From NCBI GenBank assembly GCA_045046875.1, contig JASFYY010000129.1, positions 1-53,389 on the forward strand: DNA of 53,389 bases. The letters are read 5' to 3'. Source of the stretch: Verrucomicrobiota bacterium. Its GTDB lineage: Bacteria > Verrucomicrobiota > Verrucomicrobiia > Verrucomicrobiales > DEV007. Below are positions 20,135 to 31,960 of the stretch, piece by piece (within the stretch, counting starts at the first letter, position 1; each line of letters starts with the position of its first letter). Below the pieces are notes generated by a model. That model was not told the DNA's origin. It did not search any database and worked only from the letters and a program-made list of their open reading frames with translations. The position numbers were made by a program, and so were the translations under genes.

Positions 20135-21206
20135 TTTTTCTGATCATGAAAATGTGGCCGGGGCGGAGGTGGAAGCGCGATCTGTCGATATAGGGCGTTT
20201 TCGATTGGTCGTGGATGCGGCCCCGAATGGGATTCTTCTGGTGGATGCCAAAGGGGAGATCGTATTGATCAATGCTTGCGCGGAGAAGATGTTTTTGTAT
20301 GAAAAAGGTGAGTTGGATGGTCAGGCGATGAGCAGACTGTTGCCTGAGCGTTATCGCGGGCACCATCATCATCAGCAACAATCGTTTTTTGCGGATCCTG
20401 AAGTCCGTCCGATGGGGGAGGGGCGTGAGCTGTTTGCAGCGAAGAAGGATGGCAGTGAGTTTCCGGTGGAAATAGGTTTGCAACCGGTGACGACTGAAAC
20501 GGGGGAGAAGATGGTTTTGGCGGTGGTGGTGGATATCAGCCAGCGTCGTCGTTTGCAGCAGGAACGGCGGCAAATGGAACAGCGGGTTTTGGAGATCAAT
20601 GAAAACGAGCAGCGTCGTCTGGGGCGGGAGATTCATGATGACCTTTGCCAGCAGTTGGCAGCGATCGGATGTTTGGCCAGGGTGGTCGAAATGGATCTGA
20701 AAAAAATGGATTTGTCGGCGGCGGAGGCGGTCAGCGAGATTGTTGACCTGGTCAGTCAGGCTAATGCCCGGGCTCGCGAAATATCCCGTGGATCAGCGGC
20801 GGCGGTATTGGATGTGGATGGATTGCCTGGTGCGTTGAAAGAGTTGGTTGACCTGACGAGCAAGGCAACTGGAAAGGAGTGTCGTTTGCAGTGTGATGAG
20901 GGGGAATCGAGTGGTTCGTTGACGGTGGACTTGCAATTGTATCGGATTGCCCAGGAGGCGGTGAATAATGCTATTCGTCATGGGGAGCCCGATGAGATTT
21001 CTCTGCGTTTGTGCAGGAAGGATGGACAAATAGAGTTAAGCGTAGAGGACAATGGTTGTGGTATAAATATGGAGTGTTTGTCAGGAATGACCGGAATGGG
21101 ATTGAGAACGATGTCCTATCGTGCCGAGGCTTCCGGTGGGCGTTTGAGCGTTCAAGCGGGGGAGTCAAAGGGAACCAAGGTTTGTTGTGTGGTGCCTTTG
21201 GTTTAA
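20127..21206 (+). CDS. Soluble PAS sensor histidine kinase (HisKA_3, NarX/NreB type)
   Basis: PAS/PAC (KKDGSEFPVEI), EIHDDLCQ H-box, QEAVNNAIRH N-box, EDNGCG, GMGL; no TM. Confidence 0.92.
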   Translation: MGDFSDHENVAGAEVEARSVDIGRFRLVVDAAPNGILLVDAKGEIVLINACAEKMFLYEKGELDGQAMSRLLPERYRGHHHHQQQSFFADPEVRPMGEGRELFAAKKDGSEFPVEIGLQPVTTETGEKMVLAVVVDISQRRRLQQERRQMEQRVLEINENEQRRLGREIHDDLCQQLAAIGCLARVVEMDLKKMDLSAAEAVSEIVDLVSQANARAREISRGSAAAVLDVDGLPGALKELVDLTSKATGKECRLQCDEGESSGSLTVDLQLYRIAQEAVNNAIRHGEPDEISLRLCRKDGQIELSVEDNGCGINMECLSGMTGMGLRTMSYRAEASGGRLSVQAGESKGTKVCCVVPLV

Positions 21207-21226
21207 AATGGGTATAGTGAGAAGAG

Positions 21227-21895
21227 ATGGCAGATAAGGATAGTAGGGCACGAGTGATGATTGTGGATGATCATCCGATCATGCGGCATGGTATGGCGCA
21301 GTTGATCGATGCCCAGGATGATCTCACGGTTTGTTCCTGGGCGGGTACGGCGACTGAGGCCTTGACGGCGATTTCCCGGGATCAACCGGAGCTGGCTTTG
21401 CTGGATATCAGTTTGCCGGATCGCAATGGTTTGGAATTATTAAAGGATATAAGGGTTTTGCATCCGGAGGTAAAAGTGTTGATGGTATCGATGCATGACG
21501 AATCCCTGTATGCGGAGCGGGCTTTGCGTGCGGGGGCGCGGGGTTACATCATGAAAGAGGAGGCGGCCGATAAATTGATCGAAGCGATCCATACGATTCT
21601 GGCCGGGCGGATCTATGTGAGCGGAGAGATGTCAGCGCGCATTATTGAGATGTTTTCTGGCAATAAAGGGGATTCACAATCGGCGCCTCTGAGCCGTTTG
21701 TCTGATCGAGAGCTGGAAGTATTTGAGGAAATCGGGCGAGGCAAGGCCACTCGTGAGGTGGCTGGGATGTTGGGGATCAGTGCCCGCACGGTGGACGCGC
21801 ACCGGGCGCATTTGAAAAAAAAGCTCGGTTTGAAGGATGGCAGCGAATTGGTTCGTTATGCAGTGAGGTGGGTGGAGACAGGGAAGCTGGACTGA
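21227..21895 (+). CDS. NarL/LuxR family response regulator
   Basis: IVDDHP, LLDISLP, GARGYIMK receiver domain; LSDRELEV HTH. Confidence 0.95.
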   Translation: MADKDSRARVMIVDDHPIMRHGMAQLIDAQDDLTVCSWAGTATEALTAISRDQPELALLDISLPDRNGLELLKDIRVLHPEVKVLMVSMHDESLYAERALRAGARGYIMKEEAADKLIEAIHTILAGRIYVSGEMSARIIEMFSGNKGDSQSAPLSRLSDRELEVFEEIGRGKATREVAGMLGISARTVDAHRAHLKKKLGLKDGSELVRYAVRWVETGKLD

Positions 21896-21922
21896 GCTTT
21901 GGTCAGGATCAGGGGGCTGTGG

Positions 21923-21939
21923 GTACTGGATTCCAGTAC
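21923..21939. promoter_or_regulatory. 17-bp palindrome in the RR-AraC intergenic region
   Basis: gtactgga-t-tccagtac. Function (operator or hairpin) is not established. Confidence 0.4.
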
Positions 21940-22089
21940 GGGATTTTGCGAGATGCCGCATAGGTATTCTATTGCCACTACGAATTTACGCTGAGCAATA
22001 GAGCTTTATGTTTTCAGTGTGAGGCAGGGTGGTCTTTTTGGATTGCCTATATATTGTCTCTGGTCTGGAAAATAAACCTGTTTGCTGTA

Positions 22090-23013
22090 ATGAATGATAA
22101 TACGAGGAAAACTGAATCGGATTTAATGTTGGAAGGGCTGAGACGCTCGGCTTTGTTTATAAGTTATCAAAAAGCGTTTATAGACGCCACGGGTTTGGGT
22201 ATGGTTTTACTCACTTGTCGGGAGGTCGAGCGGCATCCTTGTCGGCCTAGCGACAGTCGCAACCGCTTTTGTTCGATTTTGAATTCGAGCAATCATCTCT
22301 GCGATTCTTGTCAGGCGAATCATTGGGAGGAGAAGGTGAAGGGTAATCGTTATAGCCATTGGGAAGCGAAGTGTTTCTCGGGGATGAAGATCACAGCGAT
22401 CCCGATTGTGGTGGGAGAGACAAAAATTGGTTTTTTACGTGCGGCTCCGACTTTGGAGGAGAGTCCGGCGGTGAAAAAAATAGCAAAGCTGGGCGGTGAG
22501 TTGCAACTGGATGAAGCGGCGCGCAAGAAAGTGGAGGAAGCATATCTGGAAATCGAATCGGTAGATGGGCAAAAGTATTCTTCTATGTTGACCTTGTTGT
22601 CGATGTTCGCCATTCAATTGTCCGAAATGGCAAACCGCATTGCGCTGGAGCAACAGCAAGCTGAGCCCAAGGTTATCATCATGGCTAAACGTTTCATCAC
22701 TGAGCACCTCGATGAAAAACTCACTTTGGACCGGGTGTCCCAGGAAGTGGGGGTCAGTTCGTTTTATTTTTGTAAGTTGTTCAAACAAACGACGGGGCTC
22801 TCGTTCACGGAATACATCAATCGCAGAAGAGTGGAGTGGGCGAAACGAAAATTGTTGGCCCCTGATACCCGGGTGACCGAGGTGGCTTTTGACGTGGGTT
22901 ATATGTCCTTGTCCCAGTTTAACCGCAGTTTTTTGAAATATGCGGGAGAATCGCCTACTCGATACAGAGAGCGCATTCGTCGTAGCGATCTGGCTGCCGC
23001 AGCGGCGGCCTGA
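22090..23013 (+). CDS. AraC family regulator with PocR-like ligand-binding domain
   Basis: YQKAF..ATG, NRFC..C..C..CFSG N-terminal domain; YFCKLFK..TG and GY.SLSQFNRSF HTH. Confidence 0.88.
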   Translation: MNDNTRKTESDLMLEGLRRSALFISYQKAFIDATGLGMVLLTCREVERHPCRPSDSRNRFCSILNSSNHLCDSCQANHWEEKVKGNRYSHWEAKCFSGMKITAIPIVVGETKIGFLRAAPTLEESPAVKKIAKLGGELQLDEAARKKVEEAYLEIESVDGQKYSSMLTLLSMFAIQLSEMANRIALEQQQAEPKVIIMAKRFITEHLDEKLTLDRVSQEVGVSSFYFCKLFKQTTGLSFTEYINRRRVEWAKRKLLAPDTRVTEVAFDVGYMSLSQFNRSFLKYAGESPTRYRERIRRSDLAAAAAA

Positions 23014-23168
23014 TGCGGAGCCGATATAGGAATATAGGATTTCCTATTTTCTGGAAATGGCCCGGATATGCTCAGTAGATGGCCTGTGTGGAGAATTATT
23101 TTGCACAGTTGCCATCTTGAGTGAGCTAATGGCTTGAGCATCGGTCAATATGAGGCCAAAGTAAGGAC

Positions 23169-24002
23169 ATGAGACGGTTACGGAAATCGGAATATCTATC
23201 GGCGGGGGCTTGCGCTTCTTTGTTATTATTGTTGTCAGGCTATGGAGCCGCTTCGGTGTTTGCGGAGAAGGCTCCGCAAAAGATCAATTTGAATCAATTG
23301 CAGGTCGAATTGATCCAGGATGTGGTGATCCCTATTCCGCAGGAGATTTTTGCATCACTGGACAAGCTGGGGCAGCAGAGTTGGCGCTCCCAGGTATCGG
23401 GCAAAAAAGTGAAACTGGACACCAACCGGGCGCGAACGGCCTTGCTGTTTGGCATGGTGGTAGCGGACGGTTTTATTGCGGTGCAGGCAGAGGATCGGGA
23501 CGAGGTGAAGCGGGTCGGTCGCGAGGTGTTGGATTTGTCGGGAGCGTTGGGGGTGAAATCGGCAGTGAACGAACATGCTTTGTCGATCGTGGAGGGAGCC
23601 AATGCCGGTGACTGGGCTGAGGTGAAACATGAGTTGGACCGGGTGCGGGAAACGGTGATTCGCACGATGGAAGAGATGCGGGATCGTGATTTTGCCACCT
23701 TGGTGAGTATTGGGGGGTGGTTGGGAGGAACCCGGACTCTGGCCAATTTGATGGCGGCGGATTATAAAGAGGAGGGAGCGGAATTGTTGCACCAGCCGGA
23801 TCTGTTGGCGGACATTGTTCGCCGATACCGGGAAATGCCAGAGAAATCCCGTCCGGGCTCATTGTTTCAAAAAGTGGATTCGACTTTGGAGAAGCTGGGG
23901 CCTTTGATGAAAAAGGGCAGCGACGGCAAAATCAATAAGGAGTCGGTGGTCAAAATCCAACAACTGACGGTGGCCGTGACGGAAGCGGTTTACGGTAAGT
24001 GA
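23169..24002 (+). CDS. Secreted helical hypothetical protein
   Basis: 277-aa ORF with signal peptide and host-like codon usage; no family recognised. Confidence 0.75.
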   Translation: MRRLRKSEYLSAGACASLLLLLSGYGAASVFAEKAPQKINLNQLQVELIQDVVIPIPQEIFASLDKLGQQSWRSQVSGKKVKLDTNRARTALLFGMVVADGFIAVQAEDRDEVKRVGREVLDLSGALGVKSAVNEHALSIVEGANAGDWAEVKHELDRVRETVIRTMEEMRDRDFATLVSIGGWLGGTRTLANLMAADYKEEGAELLHQPDLLADIVRRYREMPEKSRPGSLFQKVDSTLEKLGPLMKKGSDGKINKESVVKIQQLTVAVTEAVYGK

Positions 24003-24033
24003 AGCGCGGGGGGAGCAGTTGATTTTGAATGCG

Positions 24034-24483
24034 ATGAAAGCGAAACCAATTTCAGTGTGGATGGCCTTTGTTCTAGCGCTTATGCTTGGAGCAGGGAGCT
24101 TGTGGGCATTTGTTCACGAAGGCAAAGACGCCGCGATCGGGGCAGCTTTGCCTAAGTTGGATTTGCCCAAGAACCCTTACGTATTACGTGAGGCCTGGTG
24201 GCATGGTGAATTGAAAAGCGGGGAAACGAAGCTGATCAAACACCAGCTGTTCCAGCGTAATGATTATTGGTTTTGGATGGGTTCGTCGAATCCGGATGCC
24301 AAGGTGAGTATCCATATTTATGATGACCAGGGCAACTTGGTGGATAAGGAAAGTTTTGAAAAGGATCAGGCGGCAGGTGCGAGGGTGGTGCCGAAAACCA
24401 GTGGCACTTATTATGTGCGAATCAAGGTCTTGAGCGGACCGGTCGGACCGAGTGAATGGGCGGTGATATACGCTTTCCGTTGA
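24034..24483 (+). CDS. Secreted small beta-sandwich (PPC-like) hypothetical protein
   Basis: Signal peptide; IHIYDDQGNLV and SGTYYVRI patterns typical of PPC-type domains. Confidence 0.7.
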   Translation: MKAKPISVWMAFVLALMLGAGSLWAFVHEGKDAAIGAALPKLDLPKNPYVLREAWWHGELKSGETKLIKHQLFQRNDYWFWMGSSNPDAKVSIHIYDDQGNLVDKESFEKDQAAGARVVPKTSGTYYVRIKVLSGPVGPSEWAVIYAFR

Positions 24484-24574
24484 TGGTGATGGCAGGTATT
24501 CCCGTCATTGACGGAGGTGATCAAGGGAGCTGATTTTTTTTGAGACAGCGGCGGCTTGAGCGGTAGATTGGCTT

Positions 24575-25942
24575 ATGAGCTATTCATCCCCCCTGGTCGT
24601 TTCTTTGCAAGAAGTGCGCTTGGCATTTTTTGCCTTGAGTCTGTTTTGGCTGCCTGCTTCGGCGCAGCTTCATGCGCAGGGCAAACAAGTGGAACAAGGT
24701 TTTGTCGATTTGTTCAACGGCAAGGATCTGTCGGGTTGGTATAATGTGAATGGCGCGCCGGAAACCTGGTCGGTGAAAGACGGTAGGATTCATTGCACCG
24801 GCAAGCCGATTTGCGCGCTGAGAACGGAGCGCCAGTATGAAAATTTTATTTTGGAGTTGGAGTGGCGGCACCTCAAACCCAAGGGCAATGCCGGAGTGTT
24901 CATCTGGTCTTCTGAAGTGGCGGCGCGAGGTCAGCCTTTTTTACGAGCGATCGAGGTGCAGGTATTGGAGAACTCTTATGGAAATACCGATACCCATACC
25001 ACCCATGGTGATATTTTTCCGATCCACGGATCGACCATGAAGCCGCACGGTCCACATCGCGGGCAGCGTAGTTTTCCTACCGAACGGCGAGCCAAGGATT
25101 CGCCGCAGTGGAACCATTACCGGGTGGAGTGCAACGACGGGGTGCTGCGTTTGCAGGTCAACGGCAGGGAGGTGTCGGGTGGCAGCGAATGCAACTGGCG
25201 TAAGGGTTACCTGGCGCTTGAGTCAGAGGGGTCTCCGGTGGAGTTTCGTAATGTGCGGATCAAAGAGCTGCCTGCGACGGGAGCGCCGAAGGAGATGTCC
25301 GCTCCTTTGGCAAAAGGTTTTCGATCTTTGTATAACGGTATCGATTTCCGCGGATGGAAGCTGCCCTCGGGATCACGCGAGCATTGGAAAGCGGAAGACT
25401 GGCGGATTGTCTATGATGGCAAAAGCACGGCGGATGACAAAAACTTGTGGACGGAGGAATCCTTTGAGGACTTCGAGTTGATCGTGGACTGGCGGTTGCC
25501 AAAAAAATCGTTGGGTAAGAAAAAACACCCTAAGTTATTGGCGTCGGGGGAGTATGAAAAAGATGCGCAAGGCAAAGCGCTGCAGATCGAAATCGAAGAC
25601 CATGGGGACAGTGGTATTTTTCTACGAGGAAGTTCCAAGGCTCAGGTGAATATCTGGAGCTGGCCGAATGGGTCGGGGGAAGTGTGGGGCTATCGCACGG
25701 ATGCCAGGACGAGTGCCGAACAAAAGGCCAGATTGACCCCTAAGGAGAATGCGGATGAGGATTTTGGCAAATGGAACCGTTTTGTTATCACTATGAAAGG
25801 TGAAAAGCTGACGGTGGAGTTGAATGGCAAAATGGTGATCGAAGATGCTCTGTTGCCAGGAGTGCCGAGTAGCGGTCCGATCGGCTTGCAGCATCATGGG
25901 GACGAAGTGGAGTTTGCCAATATTTATATCCGCAAACTTTGA
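24575..25942 (+). CDS. Tandem DUF1080 (3-keto-disaccharide hydrolase-like) protein
   Basis: Two LFNGKDLSGW / LYNGIDFRGW repeats; NAGVF and DSGIF; FRNVRIKEL and FANIYIRKL ends. Confidence 0.9.
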   Translation: MSYSSPLVVSLQEVRLAFFALSLFWLPASAQLHAQGKQVEQGFVDLFNGKDLSGWYNVNGAPETWSVKDGRIHCTGKPICALRTERQYENFILELEWRHLKPKGNAGVFIWSSEVAARGQPFLRAIEVQVLENSYGNTDTHTTHGDIFPIHGSTMKPHGPHRGQRSFPTERRAKDSPQWNHYRVECNDGVLRLQVNGREVSGGSECNWRKGYLALESEGSPVEFRNVRIKELPATGAPKEMSAPLAKGFRSLYNGIDFRGWKLPSGSREHWKAEDWRIVYDGKSTADDKNLWTEESFEDFELIVDWRLPKKSLGKKKHPKLLASGEYEKDAQGKALQIEIEDHGDSGIFLRGSSKAQVNIWSWPNGSGEVWGYRTDARTSAEQKARLTPKENADEDFGKWNRFVITMKGEKLTVELNGKMVIEDALLPGVPSSGPIGLQHHGDEVEFANIYIRKL

Positions 25943-26111
25943 GCCGAGCGATGCTCGCGGAGATGAAGCTGTGATTTGTAGTGAGGTTGAGTGATCGGAA
26001 CTCGGCACTTTTCATCCAAACCATCGAATCGGGTATTCTCGTAAACTTGATCGCTGAACCAACAGATCTGCGGTGTGATGGTTTTGACGGGTCGAGAGTT
26101 CATTCACCGAA

Positions 26112-27101
26112 TTACTGCCCATTAGGAGCCTCAGGTTTCATGATGGAGAAATCGCGACTGGAGCGAGTGGCTGCGGTGCTGGACTGGCTGGTGGCGAGCA
26201 AGATGGTGCCTGGCGTCATGACTGAGATGACTTTCTTTCTGAAGTCGTCAGGAATAGCAATGCGACCGCGCATCTCGCTGACCGCGTTGCGCGAGGCTTT
26301 GCCGCCGTGCAGGCTGAGTACGGTCCAATTCGGAGGAGATGTATTGCCTTCGAGCATCATGAAGACACCTTCGGGAAGGTTGGCCGGGCCGCTGATACCC
26401 AGTGGGGATTGACCGATTTGAATGCCGTTGCGGTAGATGTAAGCGGTGGCGTCTTTGTAACTGACGAGGATGCTGACTGGGCCGCTCGGGCTTTTTCCAG
26501 GGTTCCAAGTAGATTTATGGTCAGAATTGGGGATGGCGGGTGCTGAGCCTGCTTTGGCGCGGGAGGCGAGCAAGAGTGAGGCAGGTTGCGAAGATCTGGA
26601 GGGTTTGGCGGCTTTGTTGGTAACCACCACGGTTGATCCGTTTTGGGTGACAGTGAAGAGTTTTTTAGAGAATTCGTAAGGCAGTCGCACACAACCATGG
26701 GAGGCGGGGTAACCGGGCAGATTGCCAGCGTGCATGGCGATACCTCCCCAGGTCAGGCGCTGCATGTAGGGCATTTTGGCTCCTTTGTAGATGCTTGATT
26801 CATGGTCAACATCACGTTGCAGGATGGTGAATACTCCGGTGGGAGTATCGTGGCCAGCTTTACCGGTGCTGACGGTGGAGCGGGCGATGTTCACTCCGTT
26901 GCGGTAAACATAAGCCATTTGGTCATCGACACTGACAACCACAAGTAGCGGGCCGCTAGGGGAACGCTCGGGGTGCCACTCGTATTGACCGGGTTTGAGT
27001 TTGGCCTGCGGCATGGGCAGGGTTTCACAGCTGGGGGTGAAGATGACGCTGGCTGCGAGCAGTGCGACGGCGAGGAAATTGAAGAGATGGGATCGTTTCA
27101 T
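26112..27101 (-). CDS. L,D-transpeptidase (YkuD) lipoprotein with a degenerate second domain
   Basis: TPTGVF, MPYMQRL, AMHAG.LPGYPASHGCVRL; probable start MKRSHL with lipobox-like TPSC. Confidence 0.9.
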   Translation of the reverse strand: MKRSHLFNFLAVALLAASVIFTPSCETLPMPQAKLKPGQYEWHPERSPSGPLLVVVSVDDQMAYVYRNGVNIARSTVSTGKAGHDTPTGVFTILQRDVDHESSIYKGAKMPYMQRLTWGGIAMHAGNLPGYPASHGCVRLPYEFSKKLFTVTQNGSTVVVTNKAAKPSRSSQPASLLLASRAKAGSAPAIPNSDHKSTWNPGKSPSGPVSILVSYKDATAYIYRNGIQIGQSPLGISGPANLPEGVFMMLEGNTSPPNWTVLSLHGGKASRNAVSEMRGRIAIPDDFRKKVISVMTPGTILLATSQSSTAATRSSRDFSIMKPEAPNGQ

Positions 27102-27122
27102 GTGGCGACTATGAAGAAATAG

Positions 27123-29456
<2,334 letters not shown>

Positions 29457-29507
29457 CTGCGGATTTTGCAGTTTGAGATTGAGCCGTCAGGGGCGTTGAT
29501 TTTTGTC

Positions 29508-29535
29508 TTTGTCAAGAATTGTTGCCTGACCCCTA
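29508..29535 (+). repeat. Second copy of the 28-bp element (see 9320-9347)
   Basis: Exact match, same orientation. Confidence 0.9.
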
Positions 29536-29542
29536 ATTGGGG

Positions 29543-29851
29543 TTAGATTCCCATTCGTCCTAGGATGTTGCCGATGCGGGCGAGGGTTTCGGCGGTTTTG
29601 GGGTGGGAGGCTTCGATTTCCTGGATGGCGTTTTGTAGCGATTCAATCGGACCTTCGTCGTCTTTGCTGTGGTTACAGGCGGCTTCGGTGGCGGCGATCG
29701 CTTGGCGCACTTGTTCGGTGTTTTCAGTTTCGAGCTCGGTGGCTTCGTTTTCGAGTTGGCCAACCAGGCCGAGCAGGGTGCCGAGGTCGTCTTGATTGAT
29801 GGAATCGGTGTTTTCGATGCGTTGGCGTAAACGGGTAAGAGTATCTAACAT
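29543..29851 (-). CDS. DUF4404-like small protein
   Basis: C-terminal IEASHP..A..L..I.NIL..MGI pattern. Confidence 0.8.
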   Translation of the reverse strand: MLDTLTRLRQRIENTDSINQDDLGTLLGLVGQLENEATELETENTEQVRQAIAATEAACNHSKDDEGPIESLQNAIQEIEASHPKTAETLARIGNILGRMGI

Positions 29852-30048
29852 AAGAAAGGATGGCATGGGTGTGCGGGTTTTTCAATCGTTCTATGCAAGC
29901 CGGGGGATGATAAACAGGGGTATTAGTTATACAAGCTGGCTGGCAGGATGGGTGGGGGCTATGATTGCTGACAAAGGTGCAGATTTATCTGTGATCGTGA
30001 ACAGGTTTGTGGCAGATTGCCGCTTTAGTAGATAGGAAAGGATTGTTT

Positions 30049-30492
30049 ATGAAAAATATTGCCGTTGGAATTGATTTTTCGAATTCAGCCGGGCCGGTGT
30101 TGGACCGGGCGGCGGAGTTAGCTCTCGCTTTGGGAGCCCATTTGCATTTGGTGCATATCTATGCGCCGGAACCGGATTTTGTCGGTTATGCGGAGTATGC
30201 TTACCCGGGAGTGGACGAACGGGAGCAGGAATTACGCGAGGAGAAAAATCAAATCCGTAATTTGATTGATGATTTGAAAAAAAGAGGGGTCACAGCGTCG
30301 GGTTTCATGCGGGAGGGGGACACGGTACACGCTTTGTTGGAGTTCACTGAAAAGCGGGAGGCCAGCATGCTGGTGATAGGTACTCATGGCAGAGGTTTTG
30401 TCGAGCGCTTGTTATTGGGAAGTGTGGCAGAAGGCATTATTCGTCACGCAAAGCTGCCGGTGGTGGTGGTGCCGAGTCGGCAACAGGGTTGA
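30049..30492 (+). CDS. Universal stress protein
   Basis: MKNIAVGIDFS, LVIGTHGRG, LLGSVAE..PVVVVP. Confidence 0.92.
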   Translation: MKNIAVGIDFSNSAGPVLDRAAELALALGAHLHLVHIYAPEPDFVGYAEYAYPGVDEREQELREEKNQIRNLIDDLKKRGVTASGFMREGDTVHALLEFTEKREASMLVIGTHGRGFVERLLLGSVAEGIIRHAKLPVVVVPSRQQG

Positions 30493-30508
30493 ATCATATT
30501 AGCGCAAG

Positions 30509-31960
30509 ATGGCTGGGGGAAGTGTGAGATCGAGGTGGGGGGCGGGGGTTTTGCTGTGGGCTTTGTTGGCTGTTGGACAGGCTTTTTCACAGGCGGATGT
30601 CGAGGTTCGCAAGTTGGGCAAAAATGAGAGCATTAGTCGCTCGGGGCAAATTCTGGTGCGTTCTCCGGATGCCAAGCAGCGGGCGGTGATGGCTTCTTTT
30701 GCTGACTCGGTCAGTGTGGAGCTGGGCAAGGTGTTGGGGGACGGCAGGGTGAATTGGGTTTATCCGATTGAGATCGAAACCCGAGGAAGCTTGGGCGATG
30801 CCGGGGTGACGGGGCGCACTTTGGTGACAAGGATTGATTTGTTGGATGGGGACAAACTGGTGCTGAGGTTGTTTGTGAAATTGAGCGATGAGTTTTCAAG
30901 GCAGCAGTTCTCGCGGGAAATTTTGCGCTTGTTGTTGTTGGAGCGGATGTTGCGGGCGCATCAGGGAGGGGATCAGTTGGCCGGGCGTCGCCTCGAGGTG
31001 CCGCATTGGATTTTGTCAGGGGTGGATGGTTTGATAGAATACCGTCGTCTGGGGCGGCCGAGTGATCTGTATGCGGGCATTGTGCGATCACGGCAGTTGT
31101 TGTCGGTGGACGGGATGATCAAGGGAAATCCAGAGGAATTGGATTCGCTGTCGCGGGCGACTTATGAAGCTTCGGCAGCGGCTTTGCTGGGCGCTTTGTT
31201 TGATCAGAAGGCCGGGGCGAAGAATTTTGGCGAGTTGCTGTCCAAGCTGATTCTCTATGACGGTGATGCTCAGTTGTTGTTGAAACAGGAGTTTCCTGGT
31301 TTGCGGGGCGGAGAGAATTCGGTGGATAAGTGGTGGGCGTTGCAAGTGGCATCGATGGGTGAGTTGCAGGCGATGGAGTTCATGACAGCAAAGGAGACCG
31401 AGGCACGTTTGACGAAGGCTTTGCAGGTGAACTTTTCGCAGGCTTCCCAGATTGCACCGGTACCTACGGGAAAGATGAAAAAGCCGGGGTTTTGGAAAAA
31501 ATGGGTTTCGTTTGGAAAAAAGAAGGAGACAAGTTTTGGCAGCGGTCGGGTTCACGATTTTGAGCAGTTTTATAAACAAAAGGATTATAAAAGGGTGCTT
31601 GAGCAAACCCAGTTGAACTTAAGATCTCTGAAGCACCGGGGTTTTCCCCTGTATGTGCCGGTTATTAAAGCTTATGAGGAGGCGGTGACTTTGCTGCTGG
31701 ATGATAAACGAAAAAATGTGGCGGCGAATTTGCAGAAAATTGATGAACAGCGGGGTAGGATCACTGAGACGATTCAGCGCATGGAGGATTATTTGAATTA
31801 TTACGAAGCGACCCAGTTGGTGGAGCCGGGGAAGGATTTTGAAAAGTATCATAAAACCCGCGAGCGTCTGCGGCGGCAAAAACCACCGACCCGGCCGGAC
31901 CGGATCTCTAAATATCTGGACGCGATGGAGAAGATGTACAACGAAGGCGGAGCACCGTGA
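30509..31960 (+). CDS. Secreted hypothetical protein (possibly degenerate peptidase MA-like fold)
   Basis: 483-aa ORF with signal peptide; PHWILSG resembles PxWxxEG, but there is no HExxH. Confidence 0.7.
   Translation: MAGGSVRSRWGAGVLLWALLAVGQAFSQADVEVRKLGKNESISRSGQILVRSPDAKQRAVMASFADSVSVELGKVLGDGRVNWVYPIEIETRGSLGDAGVTGRTLVTRIDLLDGDKLVLRLFVKLSDEFSRQQFSREILRLLLLERMLRAHQGGDQLAGRRLEVPHWILSGVDGLIEYRRLGRPSDLYAGIVRSRQLLSVDGMIKGNPEELDSLSRATYEASAAALLGALFDQKAGAKNFGELLSKLILYDGDAQLLLKQEFPGLRGGENSVDKWWALQVASMGELQAMEFMTAKETEARLTKALQVNFSQASQIAPVPTGKMKKPGFWKKWVSFGKKKETSFGSGRVHDFEQFYKQKDYKRVLEQTQLNLRSLKHRGFPLYVPVIKAYEEAVTLLLDDKRKNVAANLQKIDEQRGRITETIQRMEDYLNYYEATQLVEPGKDFEKYHKTRERLRRQKPPTRPDRISKYLDAMEKMYNEGGAP

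Noticed and set aside
25943..26111. Possible structured ncRNA between convergent genes
   Set aside because: Only short 6-8-bp complementary stretches; matches no RNA family I can recognise.
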